From contig CAWFJJ010000007.1 in assembly GCA_963816185.1 (NCBI GenBank), forward strand, positions 1 through 64,000: DNA of 64,000 nucleotides. The letters run 5' to 3'. Numbering within the stretch: position 1 is the first letter of the stretch; the number at the start of each line of letters is the position of its first letter. The notes beneath the pieces are model-generated. The model was not told the origin of the DNA and ran no database searches. It was given only the letters and a program-made list of their open reading frames with translations. Below are positions 8,575 to 18,732 of the stretch, one piece after another. Origin of the DNA: Thermoanaerobaculia bacterium. GTDB taxonomy: Bacteria > Acidobacteriota > Thermoanaerobaculia > UBA5066. The position numbers and the translations under genes were made by a program.

Positions 8575-9392
8575 GCGACCCACGTCCGATCGGCCTCTTC
8601 GACTCCGGAGTCGGAGGCCTCACGGTGCTCGAAGCCGTTGCGCGGCGGATGCCGTTCGAGGACCTTCTCTACCTCGGCGACACGGCGCGGTTGCCGTACG
8701 GCACGAAGTCGCCCGAAACGGTGCGGCGCTACGCACGCCGCGCGATCGGCTTCCTGCTTTCGCAGGGCGTCAAGGCCGTCGTCGTGGCCTGCAACACGGC
8801 CTCGGCGCTCGCGCTCGACGTCATCGAGGACATGTCGGCCGTCCCGGTCGTGGGCGTCGTCGCTCCCGGCGCCGAGGCCGCGGTCGCCGCGGCGCGGGCC
8901 TCGGATGCGGGCGGCGTGTCGGGGCCCATCGCGGTTCTCGCGACCGAAGCCACCGTCGCGTCCGACGCCTACGGCCGCGCCATCCGCGCGCTCGATCCGG
9001 GACGGAAAGTGGTGCACACGGCCTGCCCGCTCTTCGTGCCGCTCGCCGAGGAGGGCTGGACGGAGAACGAGGTCGCGCGCTCGGCCGCGGCGCGCTATCT
9101 CGCGGACGTCCCCCGCGCGGGCGTGCGCGTCGTCGTCCTCGGGTGCACGCACTATCCGCTCCTGACGCGGACGATCGCGGGCGCTCTCCCGCGGGACACG
9201 ATTCTCGTGAACTCCGCGGAGACGACGGCGCGCGCCGTCGAAGCGGCCCTGCTTCCCGCGTCGCGCCGGGACGAAGCCTCGCACGGGACGACGCGCCTCC
9301 TCGTGACCGATGCGTCCGAGCGCCTGCGCCGCGTGGCGGGGCGGTTTCTCGGCCGGCCGGCCGCGGACCTGACGCTCGTGGATCTCCCTTAG
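8571..9392 (+). CDS. murI: Glutamate racemase
   Basis: IGLFDSGVGGLTV, ACNTA, LGCTHYP. Confidence 0.97.
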   Translation: MSDPRPIGLFDSGVGGLTVLEAVARRMPFEDLLYLGDTARLPYGTKSPETVRRYARRAIGFLLSQGVKAVVVACNTASALALDVIEDMSAVPVVGVVAPGAEAAVAAARASDAGGVSGPIAVLATEATVASDAYGRAIRALDPGRKVVHTACPLFVPLAEEGWTENEVARSAAARYLADVPRAGVRVVVLGCTHYPLLTRTIAGALPRDTILVNSAETTARAVEAALLPASRRDEASHGTTRLLVTDASERLRRVAGRFLGRPAADLTLVDLP

Positions 9393-9411
9393 CGGCCGGC
9401 TTAGCGGCCGG
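9388..9411. repeat. 12-bp tandem duplication CTTAGCGGCCGG x2 at the murI stop
   Basis: Read directly from the sequence. Confidence 0.85.
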
Positions 9412-9436
9412 AGCCCCGTTGCGCCAGAATCCGGCC

Positions 9437-10307
9437 GTGGATTCGATGACGTCCGCCTCCGCACGGCCCTCCGCGTCCCGACGGCCGGGGCCCTCTCGAC
9501 CTCCGGCCCGTGACGATCGTCTGCGATGCCGTGTCGCACGCGGAAGGCTCCTGTCTCGTGACGCAGGGGCGCACGCAGGTCCTCGTGACGGCCTCGGTCG
9601 AGGCGAAAGTCCCGCCGTTCCTGCAGCGGACCGGTCTCGGATGGGTGACGGCCGAATACGGGATGCTGCCGCGCGCCACGCTCGAGAGGAGCCCCCGCGA
9701 AGCGGCGCGCGGCCGGCAGTCCGGGAGGACGCTGGAGATCCAGCGCCTCATCGGGCGGGCGCTGCGCGGCGTCGTGGACCGCTCGCGGCTCGCCGACCGC
9801 ACGCTCACGCTCGACTGCGACGTTCTCGTCGCCGACGCCGGAACCCGCTGCGCCTCCGTCACGGGCGCGTACGTCGCGCTCGCGCTCGCCTGCGCGTCCC
9901 TCGCGAAAGCGGGCGACCTCCGGGCGAACCCCCTGCGCGAGGCCGTCGCCGCCGTCTCCCTCGGCCTCCAACAGGGGCGCGTCCTCCTCGACCTCGACTA
10001 TGCCGAGGATTCGACGGCCGACGTGGACCTGAACGTCGTCGGGACGTCGAGCGGGCGGTTCGTCGAGATCCAGGGCACCGCCGAGCGCGAGCCGTTCGAC
10101 GAGGAGCAGCTCGCCAGGCTGCTCGCGGCAGGCCGCAAAGGGCTCGCGGCGCTTTTCGCGGCGCAGCACTCCGCGCTCCTCGGCCGGCTTCCCGAGGAAT
10201 GGCTCGACGCGCTGGCCCCCTCCGCGCTCGCGGCGCGGGCTCAGGCGTCCGCGAAGAAGGCGCGAAGAGTCGTCGCGAGGCGCGGAGGATCTTCCAGAAG
10301 GGCGTAA
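9437..10307 (+). CDS. rph: Ribonuclease PH (apparent 5' indel; ORF track starts at 9510)
   Basis: [54 protein letters not shown]. Confidence 0.95.
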
Positions 10308-11002
10308 TGCCCGATCCCGGGCTGCTCGAGAAATGTCGCGTCTTTTCGTGCCGAGAGGATCGCGCGCAGCTCCTCGGCTGGCGCGAGCGGGTCGCGCGCG
10401 CCGGTCACGAGAAGGAGCGGCATCGACGTCCCCCTGAGTCGTTCCGCGAGCGGCCGGGCGGCGAGGACGCCGTCGACGAGCTTCTCGACGGCCAGGACGA
10501 CCTCTTCACGCCGGGGCCCCGTCCGCGCGGCGACCGTCCGCGCGACGAAGCCCGCGCGGCCGGGCCCGTCCACCGCGAAGCCGTAGCCCGCGGCGTTTCT
10601 CAGCGAGCTCTCGGGCACGCTCGCGATGACCGCGCGCCGGGACATCGCGATCCACTTGAGGCGGTCGGTGAGGCCGTACGGCGCGGACCCGAGCGGGGAG
10701 ACGAGCGCGAGGGCGCTGACCCTCTCGGGCGCGAGCGCTGCGACCTCACCGGCGACGCGCCCGCCGAGCGAGTGCCCCGCGAGGAGGACGGGCTCCGCTC
10801 CGAGCTCGCCGAGGACCCAGCGCGCGAGCGGCTCCATCTCGTAGCCGGTTCCGGGACCCGGACCGCGGACCGAGCCCGGGAGGTCGAGCGCGCGCACGGC
10901 GAAGTCCTTTTCGAGGAGCTTCGCGACCTCCTTCCAGTCCTCGGACGAACCGCCGAGGCCATGCAGCAGAACGAGCGTTTCCTTCGACTTCTTCGCGGCC
11001 AT
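10241..11002 (-). CDS. Alpha/beta fold hydrolase
   Basis: LLHGLGG, GHSLGG nucleophile elbow, G..D and GH catalytic motifs. Confidence 0.9.
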   Translation of the reverse strand: MAAKKSKETLVLLHGLGGSSEDWKEVAKLLEKDFAVRALDLPGSVRGPGPGTGYEMEPLARWVLGELGAEPVLLAGHSLGGRVAGEVAALAPERVSALALVSPLGSAPYGLTDRLKWIAMSRRAVIASVPESSLRNAAGYGFAVDGPGRAGFVARTVAARTGPRREEVVLAVEKLVDGVLAARPLAERLRGTSMPLLLVTGARDPLAPAEELRAILSARKDATFLEQPGIGHYALLEDPPRLATTLRAFFADA

Positions 11003-11021
11003 CGCTCAGAATCCTACCGGA

Positions 11022-11096
11022 CGGGGTGTGGCGCAGTGGTAGCGCACCTGCTTTGGGAGCAGGGGGTCGGCGGTTCGATCCCGCCCACCCCGACCA
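11022..11096 (+). tRNA. tRNA-Pro(TGG)
   Basis: CGGGGTG/CACCCCG-ACCA acceptor stem, anticodon arm CCTGC-TTTGGGA-GCAGG, GGTTCGATCC T-arm. Confidence 0.97.
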
Positions 11097-11112
11097 ATGT
11101 TTTCGATAGGTC

Positions 11113-11944
11113 CTAAAAGAGGCCTTCAGGGGCGAGTTCGCGAAGGCGGCCTACTGGCTTCACCGCCACAAAGTTGCTGGTGGTCCCGTGCAACTTGTCG
11201 TCCACCGCAATGGTCATGCTCTTGCCGTCAGCAGCCACTGTTATGCGTGCGACGCTGATCACTTTCCCATCCCGCTTGTCGGTTTCCTCGATCGTGTTCT
11301 TGTCCACCTTCTTGAGCGATAGGCTGGTCGTACCCGGGTCGCCCTTGTACGGCGCCTCCGTCCCATCCAGCTTCGCGGTATAGCCTTGTCCGGTCGGGGT
11401 GCTCATGCTCAAGGTATCGCCTTCCACCTTGTAGGTGAACGTCAGCCCGTTGTCCGAGACGGAATCCATCTTCGAGGTTCGCCAGGAACCCGAGATGGCG
11501 TGCGACCCCGCAGGGCCCTTGGCCACTCGCGTCGATTCACCTTTGCCGGTGACCGGAGCGGCGTTGGTGGCGCTGTCTGTCCGTGAATTCGAACATCATC
11601 GTGTTTCCGTCGGCCGAGACCCAGGTTTTCGAAAGTCACGACGGTTTTCCATTCTTCTTGTCGGTTTCCTCGATCGTGCGAGCGTCGACGACCTTGATGC
11701 TCACCATGTCGTAGTACGGATGCCCTGACACCTTCTGGTCCTTCCCATCCGCCTTGACGTCGACCGGCGGAACGCACGTCTTGCAGTGGTACATCCCGTC
11801 CTGCAACAGGAAGACATCGGGCTTCGTCGGGAATTTCGCCGACTTCAAGTCCACCTTCCACGTCCCGTCGAAAACACTCTGCGCCATTGCCATCGCGGGC
11901 ATCAACAGTGAGGCGATCAATAGAAACCACCGAGTAGTTTTCAT
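11113..11944 (-). pseudogene. Secreted two-repeat beta-rich hypothetical protein, frameshifted near 11580-11640
   Basis: SD plus signal peptide MKTTRWFLL..., internal repeat GTWK/GSWR and TIEETDKKNGK/TIEETDKRDGK. Confidence 0.7.
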
Positions 11945-12034
11945 CACTCGTCCTCCATCTGAGCCGTGACCGGAATTTAAGATTTCAACGTCATCTTTGC
12001 CCGAAAGCATAGGGGGGCGGATAGCGCCGAACTG

Positions 12035-12355
12035 TTACGGCATCGGCTTGAGGTTGACCTCGCGGAGGTAACGCGTTCCGACGGCATCGCGCATCGCGAA
12101 GCGCGGGGAAATCATTTCCTGCTGCTTGCCTTCGTCCTTCGTCTTGAACTGCTTCTCGGCGATGGCCTTTCTCTTGTCGTCGTCCCCCTGGTTGAAGTCC
12201 AGGGCCTTGCCGAAGCTGGGGTAGAGCGTCGCGATCGCGATGTCCCAGTCTTTTTCATCACGCGGGGTGTTGAGGAGGAACTTCGTGTCGAGGATGAGGC
12301 CCTGCTTTTTCGCCTCGCCCGCGGAAACGAGGTAGGTCGAGCGCAGGTACTTCAT
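12035..12355 (-). pseudogene. Hypothetical protein, apparently 5'-truncated
   Basis: DDYMKYLR...EAKKQGLILD.K...DWDI; coding-like codon usage; the upstream part breaks off near 12400. Confidence 0.55.
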
Positions 12356-12469
12356 GTAGTCGTCGAGGACTTGCGCGGGAAACTGTCGTCCGGGTCGTAA
12401 CTGACGCCCTGACGGGTCCAGATGAGGTCTATCCGATCACCGCCCAGCGGTCCGGCGGAGGAGGACGCG

Positions 12470-12755
12470 ATGAGCAAGGTAACGAAGAAGACGTATTCCA
12501 GAGTCGCCGAACTCGAGAAGAACTTCGCGAAAGAGGCCGCTTGGGCGGATGCACGATATGGCCCCCACGTGCCTCGGCTGACCGAACCCGGGAGACCTCG
12601 GAAGGGAGCGAACGTGGAGAAGACTCAGCCGCACTCATCCGCGTGCCGGACAGGGTATGACGCTCTCGCTCATGAAGAAGGCGAAGACGCGAGGCCTCAG
12701 CACGAATGCGGCCCTGCAACTGGCCGCCATGGAATGGCTCCAGCGCGACCGCTGA
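12470..12755 (+). pseudogene. Ribbon-helix-helix antitoxin-like gene (BrnA/CopG-like), frameshifted
   Basis: SD GGAGGA. Reconstructed MSKVTKK...PGRPRKG....PHS.RVPD...SLMKKAKTRGLSTNAALQLAAMEWL*. Preceded by a VYPITA fragment typical of BrnT-like toxin ends. Confidence 0.55.
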
Positions 12756-12770
12756 TCGGCGAAAAACTCC

Positions 12771-13553
12771 TCAGCCAACGAGCTGCGCGACGGCGGACGG
12801 AGGAAGCGCGCCGGTCACCTCGCGAATCGCGGGCCCCGTGACCGAGACGTCGTCGGAGATGACGCTCGCGGCGCCCTGGCGCGCGAGGTGCGCGGCGAGC
12901 GCGGGGTCGTTCACCGTCCAGACGTGTACCGAGACGCCCTCGGCCCTTGCGCGCTCAAAGAGCGGGTCCGAGACGAGCGCCACGTTCGGTCCGATGGCGG
13001 CGCAGCCCTTGGGAAGATCGGGCCAGAGCCGCCCTTCGGGCCGGTGCGCCGTGCCGTCGTAGTTGAGGCACGTCGCGACATTGGGCTCGATCTCCCGGAT
13101 GCGGCGCAGCGCGTCGGGCGAGAAGGAGAGCACGACGGCTTTTTCGAGGAGCGCGAGCTGCGCGAGGAGAGCCGCGACACGGAACTCGAGAAGAGAGGGG
13201 CGCGGCGAAGGCCCCGGCTTCAGCTCGACGAGGTAGCGTCCCGAAGGTCCGTACCTCAGGAAGACGTCGCGCAGCGTCGGGACGAGCCCCCGAAACTCGC
13301 CGCGCACGATGGGGGTCTCGTTGAGCTCGGGGATCGTGAGCGTCGCGAGCGGGACCCGCCGGCCCGAGAAGACGATCTCGGCGTCATGGTGTACGACGGC
13401 TTCGCCGTCCAGCGTGAGCCGCACGTCGAGCTCGAACGCATCGGCGCCGTCCGCCTCGGCGCGGTCGAAGCTCTCGAAAGTGTTTTCGAGCGCCTTCGTC
13501 GGAGAGCCGCGGTGCCCGACGACGCGCGTGGGAGAAGCCTCGAAGAAGTTCAT
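12771..13553 (-). CDS. Glycerophosphodiester phosphodiesterase
   Basis: VGHRG..ENT..SF, ELDVRLTLDG..VVHHD, VELK, VWTVND, VISD. Confidence 0.93.
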   Translation of the reverse strand: MNFFEASPTRVVGHRGSPTKALENTFESFDRAEADGADAFELDVRLTLDGEAVVHHDAEIVFSGRRVPLATLTIPELNETPIVRGEFRGLVPTLRDVFLRYGPSGRYLVELKPGPSPRPSLLEFRVAALLAQLALLEKAVVLSFSPDALRRIREIEPNVATCLNYDGTAHRPEGRLWPDLPKGCAAIGPNVALVSDPLFERARAEGVSVHVWTVNDPALAAHLARQGAASVISDDVSVTGPAIREVTGALPPSAVAQLVG

Positions 13554-13578
13554 GCCGGCTGGATTATCCTCGCGGTGC

Positions 13579-14592
13579 ATGTCGCAATCCTTACGAGGGC
13601 GGCCGGCGGGCGTCGTGCGCCGCCGGCGCGCGGCGCGACCCCTCCCCGAGGGGCCGTTTGCCGTCCCGCTGTCGACGATCGACTGGCTCGTCTCCCGCGA
13701 GAGCCCGGCGGCGCGCTACGTGGCCCTTCGCGACCTTCTCGGCCGGCCGACGAAGGATCCCGACCTCAAGAGGGCCAAGCAGGCGTTTCCGCGCGAGCCG
13801 TTCGTGCGCGAGGTGCTCGCGCTTCTCCGCGCACGGCTCGCGCCGGGCGCGGGAGCGGCGGCGCTCGAGCGTCGCTACGACGGCGGGGTCTGGCTCGCGC
13901 TCTTTCTGACGGAGGTGGGCGCGGACGGCGCGCTGCTTCAGCTTCACCACGCGGGCGACGTCCTTCTGGCACGCTGGGAGAAGACGCTCGTCGCGATCGA
14001 GCGACACGAGGACGCCGACCTCGACGCCGCCCTGTTTCGCGCGGCCCTCCGCGTCCTTCTGCGGATCGGATGGGAGCGCGATGCGCGCGTCCTCGAAGGC
14101 GCCGACGCTCTCGCAGCGCGCGCGCTCGCTGGGCGCGGCCGGACGGAAAAAGACCTTCTGCTCTTTGCGTCGCTGCCCGCCGACGTGAGAAGCGAGCGCG
14201 TCTCGAGGGCCATTTCATTCCTGTCGACCCGGCTGCTCGAAGCCGAGCTGCCGGCCGCGCTGGCCCCCGGCGCGCCGGAGGAGCTCCTCATGCCCGGCTT
14301 CCCGTGCGGCGACGAGACGGACCTCGTCGAAATGCTCTTCGCGCTCGCCTCCGTGCTTCCCGCCGAGTCCCGCCGCGAACCGGTTCTGTCCCGCGCCCTC
14401 GCGCGGCTCGCCGAGCGCGCCGATCACCGCGCGCGCTGGACGCTCGAGCGGCCGCGGCCCGAGCGTCTTCCCGTCGCCCTCGAGCGCACCGGTGAGCTCT
14501 CGCGGTGGGTCACGCTCCGCGCGCTCGCCATCCTGCAGCGCTTCCACGGCCTCGAGGTGCTCGGCACGCCTCCGCCGAGGAGGCGCGCGTGA
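13579..14592 (+). CDS. Hypothetical protein, alpha/alpha-toroid (prenyltransferase/cyclase-like) family
   Basis: IDWLV...PAARY.ALRDLL, GFP...TDLVE.L.AL, RW.LE...E..G..SRWVTLRAL. Confidence 0.6.
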   Translation: MSQSLRGRPAGVVRRRRAARPLPEGPFAVPLSTIDWLVSRESPAARYVALRDLLGRPTKDPDLKRAKQAFPREPFVREVLALLRARLAPGAGAAALERRYDGGVWLALFLTEVGADGALLQLHHAGDVLLARWEKTLVAIERHEDADLDAALFRAALRVLLRIGWERDARVLEGADALAARALAGRGRTEKDLLLFASLPADVRSERVSRAISFLSTRLLEAELPAALAPGAPEELLMPGFPCGDETDLVEMLFALASVLPAESRREPVLSRALARLAERADHRARWTLERPRPERLPVALERTGELSRWVTLRALAILQRFHGLEVLGTPPPRRRA

Positions 14593-15219
14593 GGCGAGCG
14601 TTGTCTTTTCTTCTCGGGGTCTTCCTGATGCTCCTTCCGGGATGCGCAGCCGATCCCTTCGGCGCGCCGCTCAGGGTGAAGACCCACGGCTACCGCGCGC
14701 GCGTGACGCTCAAGAGCGACGGAGTCGAGAAGGCGGCATTCGACATCGCCGTACTCCGGAACTTCAGGCGCAAGGGGCCGGAGGACGGCCCGGCGCTCGT
14801 GCTCGACATGGACGCCCGCGTGGCGTTCCGGCTCGATCCCGCGGCGAAGACGGTCCGGAACGTTCCTTTTTCGGAGGCGGTGGGCGAGCTCCCCGGAGGG
14901 ATTCCGCTCGCTCCGGGATTCGACGAGAAAGCCGAAGCCGTGCGGCGGAACGTCAGCGTCTACCATCGCGAAGGCGACGAAGTGTTCGCGGGACACGTAT
15001 GCGCGCTCTGGCGCTTCGACGACGATCCCGACAGAGCCCGGGTCCCCGACGACGACCTATTGGGTGGCCAAGGATCTGGACGGCCTCGTGACGCGGTACG
15101 ACCGCGAAGCGACCGACGCGAACGGCAAGACGCGGAAATCCAGCGTGAGCCTCACGAACGTGCGGGTGGGAGCGGATCCCGGACTCTTCTCCATTCCGAG
15201 CGGCTGGACCCGGCTCTGA
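14589..15219 (+). CDS. Putative lipoprotein (DUF4412-like), frameshift near 15030
   Basis: LLPGC lipobox, GDEVFAGHVC..W, TYWVAKDLDG, DPGLFSIPSGW*. The ORF-track fusion to the next gene is an artefact. Confidence 0.6.
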
Positions 15220-15329
15220 ACGGGCCCCGGTCCTTGATGTTGCGGTCCGGTTCTTGCTGGTATCCTCCCGGATCCGTAACGCCGCCAGGCGGACGGGACG
15301 TTCAGCTTGCAAGGAGCGCGCATTCCGCT

Positions 15330-16208
15330 ATGAACACCGCGAACCCGAGTCTCTCCCGTCTCGTGAAGACCCTCGTCGCGGGTCTTGCTCTCGTACTCGT
15401 CGGGCCTCTCGCAGCGCAGACGGCGACGCCGAAGGATCCGAAATCGCCCGTGCCGGGCTTCGCGGACGGGCGCGGCCCGACGGGCCCGGTCACGCTCAAG
15501 ATCGTCTCTCCGGCCGCGGATGAAATCATCCCGGTTCCACAGCCGGCGGCCGGTCAGCCTCCCGCGAAGGGCGCTCCGGTCACGCTCAAGGTGGAGCTTG
15601 CGAACTTCGAGACGTTCCAGGACGACGCCACCAAGAGCGGGCAGCACCTCGAGATCCTCGTCGACAACATCGGCGTCCTGTTCCCGTGGCACGATGCGAC
15701 GAAGCCGTACACGTTCAAGAGCCTTCCGAGGGGCACGCACACCGTCAGGATCTTTCCGGTGAGGCCGTGGGGCGAGGCCATCAAAGATCCTTCCGCATTC
15801 GCGATGGTCACCTTCCACGTCGGGGAGAAGGACGGCAAGAACACGATCGAGCCGGGGTCGCCGGTTCTCACGGTCGCCTCGCCGCGCGGCAAGATGAAGA
15901 GCGAGGGCGGCAAGGTTCTCCTCGACGTCCTCGTCACGGGATGCCCGGTCGCCGAAGCGTCCGTGCCGGACTCGTGCCGCCTGCGCTACAAGGTCGACAC
16001 GCAGCCCGAGGTGACGCTGACGAAGGCCGAGCCTGTGTGGCTCGAGAAGCTCACCCCCGGCCGGCACGCGTACGTCGTGGGTCTCACGCGCGGCCAGAAG
16101 GTGGTCCCCGGCGCGTTCGCGCTCTACCAGGGCTCCTTCGAGGTGGAGAACGGGACGAACCCCGCGGCGCCGGGCTCGGCTCCTCCCGCGAAGGCCACGG
16201 GCCAGTAA
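15330..16208 (+). CDS. Secreted hypothetical protein with Ig-like domains
   Basis: Signal peptide, GQHLEILVDN, GTHTVRIFPVRPWGE. Confidence 0.7.
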   Translation: MNTANPSLSRLVKTLVAGLALVLVGPLAAQTATPKDPKSPVPGFADGRGPTGPVTLKIVSPAADEIIPVPQPAAGQPPAKGAPVTLKVELANFETFQDDATKSGQHLEILVDNIGVLFPWHDATKPYTFKSLPRGTHTVRIFPVRPWGEAIKDPSAFAMVTFHVGEKDGKNTIEPGSPVLTVASPRGKMKSEGGKVLLDVLVTGCPVAEASVPDSCRLRYKVDTQPEVTLTKAEPVWLEKLTPGRHAYVVGLTRGQKVVPGAFALYQGSFEVENGTNPAAPGSAPPAKATGQ

Positions 16209-16218
16209 AATTCCCGGC

Positions 16219-17229
16219 ATGTCCCTCGTTTACGGCGGCGCCGGGACGCGTCCCTGCGCCGTCGACCCGCCGCTGATCCTTGCCCCGATGGCCGGAATCA
16301 CGGACATGACCTACCGCCTTCTCCTCAGGCGCATCGGGGGCGTGGGCCTCGTGACGATGGAATTCGTCTCGTCCGAGGGGCTGACGCGTGGAAACCAAAA
16401 GACGCAGAGGCTGCTTCGCTTCGATCCCTTAGAACGCCCGCTTTCTGTCCAGATTTACGGAGCGGACGCCGCCAGAATGCAGGTCGCTGCGGAACGCGTC
16501 GAGGAGATGGGTGTCGATGTCTGCGACATCAACATGGGCTGCCCAGCGAACAAGGTTCTGAAGGGCTGTGCGGGGGCGGGCCTCATGCGCGATCTCGGGA
16601 GGGCGAGGGAAATCATCGCGGCTTGCCGGAAAGCGCTGAAGACGACGCCTCTCACGGTGAAGTTCCGGCTCGGCGTGACGGACGAGACGGTGAATTACCT
16701 CGAGCTGGGCCGACTCTGCGAAGGCGAGGGCGCCGCGGCCGTCGCGCTCCATGCGCGAACGGCGAAGCAGATGTACACGGGCCGCGCCGACTGGCGATAT
16801 ATCGCGCGTCTCAAGGAGGCCGTGAAGATTCCCGTCGTGGGAAACGGGGACGTCGCGACGCCGGAGGATGTCGTCGCGATGTTCCGCGAAACCGGCTGCG
16901 ACGCCGTGATGTGCGGCCGCGCGACGATGAAGAATCCGTGGATCTTCAAGCAGGCCGCGGACCTTCTCCAGGGCCGGCCGTACCGCGAGGCGACGCTCGC
17001 CGAGCGGCGCGACGTGATCCTCGACCACTTCCGGCTCATCCAGAGGGACGATGCCGACGCGCCCAAGGCGGTCATGGCGAAGCTCCGTACGTTCACGGGC
17101 TGGTATACGCACGGCCTGCCGAACGGGGGCGAGCTGCGCCGCCGCATCGCTTCGCTCGACGGCCCGCAAGCCTTTCTCGACGCCGTCGAGGACTTCTTCG
17201 CGGACCACGCCGCCCGCGCGGCGGCGTGA
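16219..17229 (+). CDS. dusB: tRNA-dihydrouridine synthase B
   Basis: LAPMAGITD, DINMGCP, HART..Q.Y.G.ADW, GNGDV, VMCGR...NPW. Confidence 0.93.
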   Translation: MSLVYGGAGTRPCAVDPPLILAPMAGITDMTYRLLLRRIGGVGLVTMEFVSSEGLTRGNQKTQRLLRFDPLERPLSVQIYGADAARMQVAAERVEEMGVDVCDINMGCPANKVLKGCAGAGLMRDLGRAREIIAACRKALKTTPLTVKFRLGVTDETVNYLELGRLCEGEGAAAVALHARTAKQMYTGRADWRYIARLKEAVKIPVVGNGDVATPEDVVAMFRETGCDAVMCGRATMKNPWIFKQAADLLQGRPYREATLAERRDVILDHFRLIQRDDADAPKAVMAKLRTFTGWYTHGLPNGGELRRRIASLDGPQAFLDAVEDFFADHAARAAA

Positions 17230-17232
17230 CGC

Positions 17233-18676
17233 TCAGTACGTCTTCGGCACCGCGTCCTTCGCGAGCGGGCTGACGTAAGGCTTCCCGGCGGTCGCCTTCA
17301 CAAACTCGGCCTTCGCGGCGGCGACCGTCGCGGCATCGCTCAGTAGGTCGAGCATCGACGACGCGAGGACCTTCGCCGCGACGAGCATTCCCTTCTGCCC
17401 CAGCGCATGGCCCGCGCAGGCCGTGACGGCCCAGTGATGCCAGGGCTGGCCGACGGCACCGGTCGCGACGGCGAGCTCGGCGACCGGCAGCGCCGCGCTC
17501 GTCTCTCCGACGTCCGAGGAGGCTCCTGATCCGTGGCCGGGACCATAGGGAAGAACCGTGTCCGAAAGGCCGGTCTCGGGAATTCCAACCTCCTTCTGGA
17601 TGCCGCGCGCGAGCGCGACGTCGGCGGCGTCCCACCTCGGTGCGCCGACACGGTCGAGATTTCTTTGAAGGACGTTCGAGAGCGCGGCGTTGAAGAGCGG
17701 CTCGCGCGTCGAGGCGAGGAGGCTCACCTTCGACGTCGTCTCCGTCGCCAGCGCGGCGCCTTCGGCGGCCTTTCTCAGGCGGGAGATCATCTCGTTCACG
17801 CGCGTGCCGTTCTCGTCGCGAACGAACCACTGGACGCGGGCGTAATCCGGGATGATGTTCGCCGCAAGGCCGCCGTTCTTGATGACGCGGTGGAGTCGCG
17901 CGGTCGGGAGGACGTGCTCCCGCATGAGGGCGAGCGCATGATCGAAGAGCTCGACGGCGTCGAGGGCGCTCCGCCCGAGCCACGGGTTCATGGCGGCGTG
18001 GGCCGTCTTGCCGAAGAACTCCACGTCGAGCGCGGTAATCGCGAGATACGGCTTCGTGCTCACGTAGTTCGCGTCCGCTGGGTGCCAGGCGAGGACGGCA
18101 TCGGTTCCCGCGAAGACGCCGTCCCGCAGCATGAAGGGCTTGCCGAGGAGCTGCTCCTCGGCCGGCGTCCCGAAAACGCGGATCGTGCCGGGAAGCTTCG
18201 CGGCGACGCGGGTTCTGTTCGCCGCGACGGCGGCCGCGACCGCCGCCGTGCCGAGGAGGTTGTGGCCGCAGCCGTGGCCGGGCGCTTCGGCGACGAGAGG
18301 CGTCTTTCTCGGCACGCCTGCTGCTTGCGAGAGGCCCGGCAGCGCGTCGTATTCGGCGAGGATCCCGATGACGGGCGCCCCGCTCCCCGCGGAAGCCACG
18401 AACGCCGTGGGCATTCCCGCGACGCCGCGCGTCACGCGGAATCCTTCCTTCTCCAGAACGTCGGTGAGGAGCGCAGCCGACTTCGTCTCCTGAAGGGCCG
18501 TCTCGGAGAACCCCCAGATCTTCTCGGGCGACCTCGTTCCAGCGGCCGGACGAGGAGTCGAGCCAGGCGTCCGACGCGGCGGCGCCGGACGGCGAGGCGG
18601 CCTTTCCCGGGGCCGGCACCGTAAGAAGGGCGAGGCCGAGGAGCGCCGAGGCGGGGCGGCGGAAGGGAACTTGCAT
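17233..18676 (-). CDS. M20 amidohydrolase (AbgB-like), frameshift near 18530
   Basis: EYDALPGL, GHGCGHNLLG, GTPAEE, WHP, PWLGRSALDAVEL, SSDVG, PWHHW. Confidence 0.9.
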
Positions 18677-18732
18677 CGAGCCCTCCTGAAGGGGGGATGT
18701 GTCGCTTGAGAAAGACAGCATACGATGGCCGA

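Noticed and set aside
6087-10169. Long antisense ORFs (6087-7982, 8298-10169 and many similar across the window)
   Set aside because: Shadow frames of high-GC genes with Arg/Gly/Ala-rich nonsense composition, opposite well-supported CDSs.
14505-16208. 567-aa fusion ORF in the track
   Set aside because: A frameshift near 15030 joins two separate genes; the lipoprotein has its own stop at 15219.
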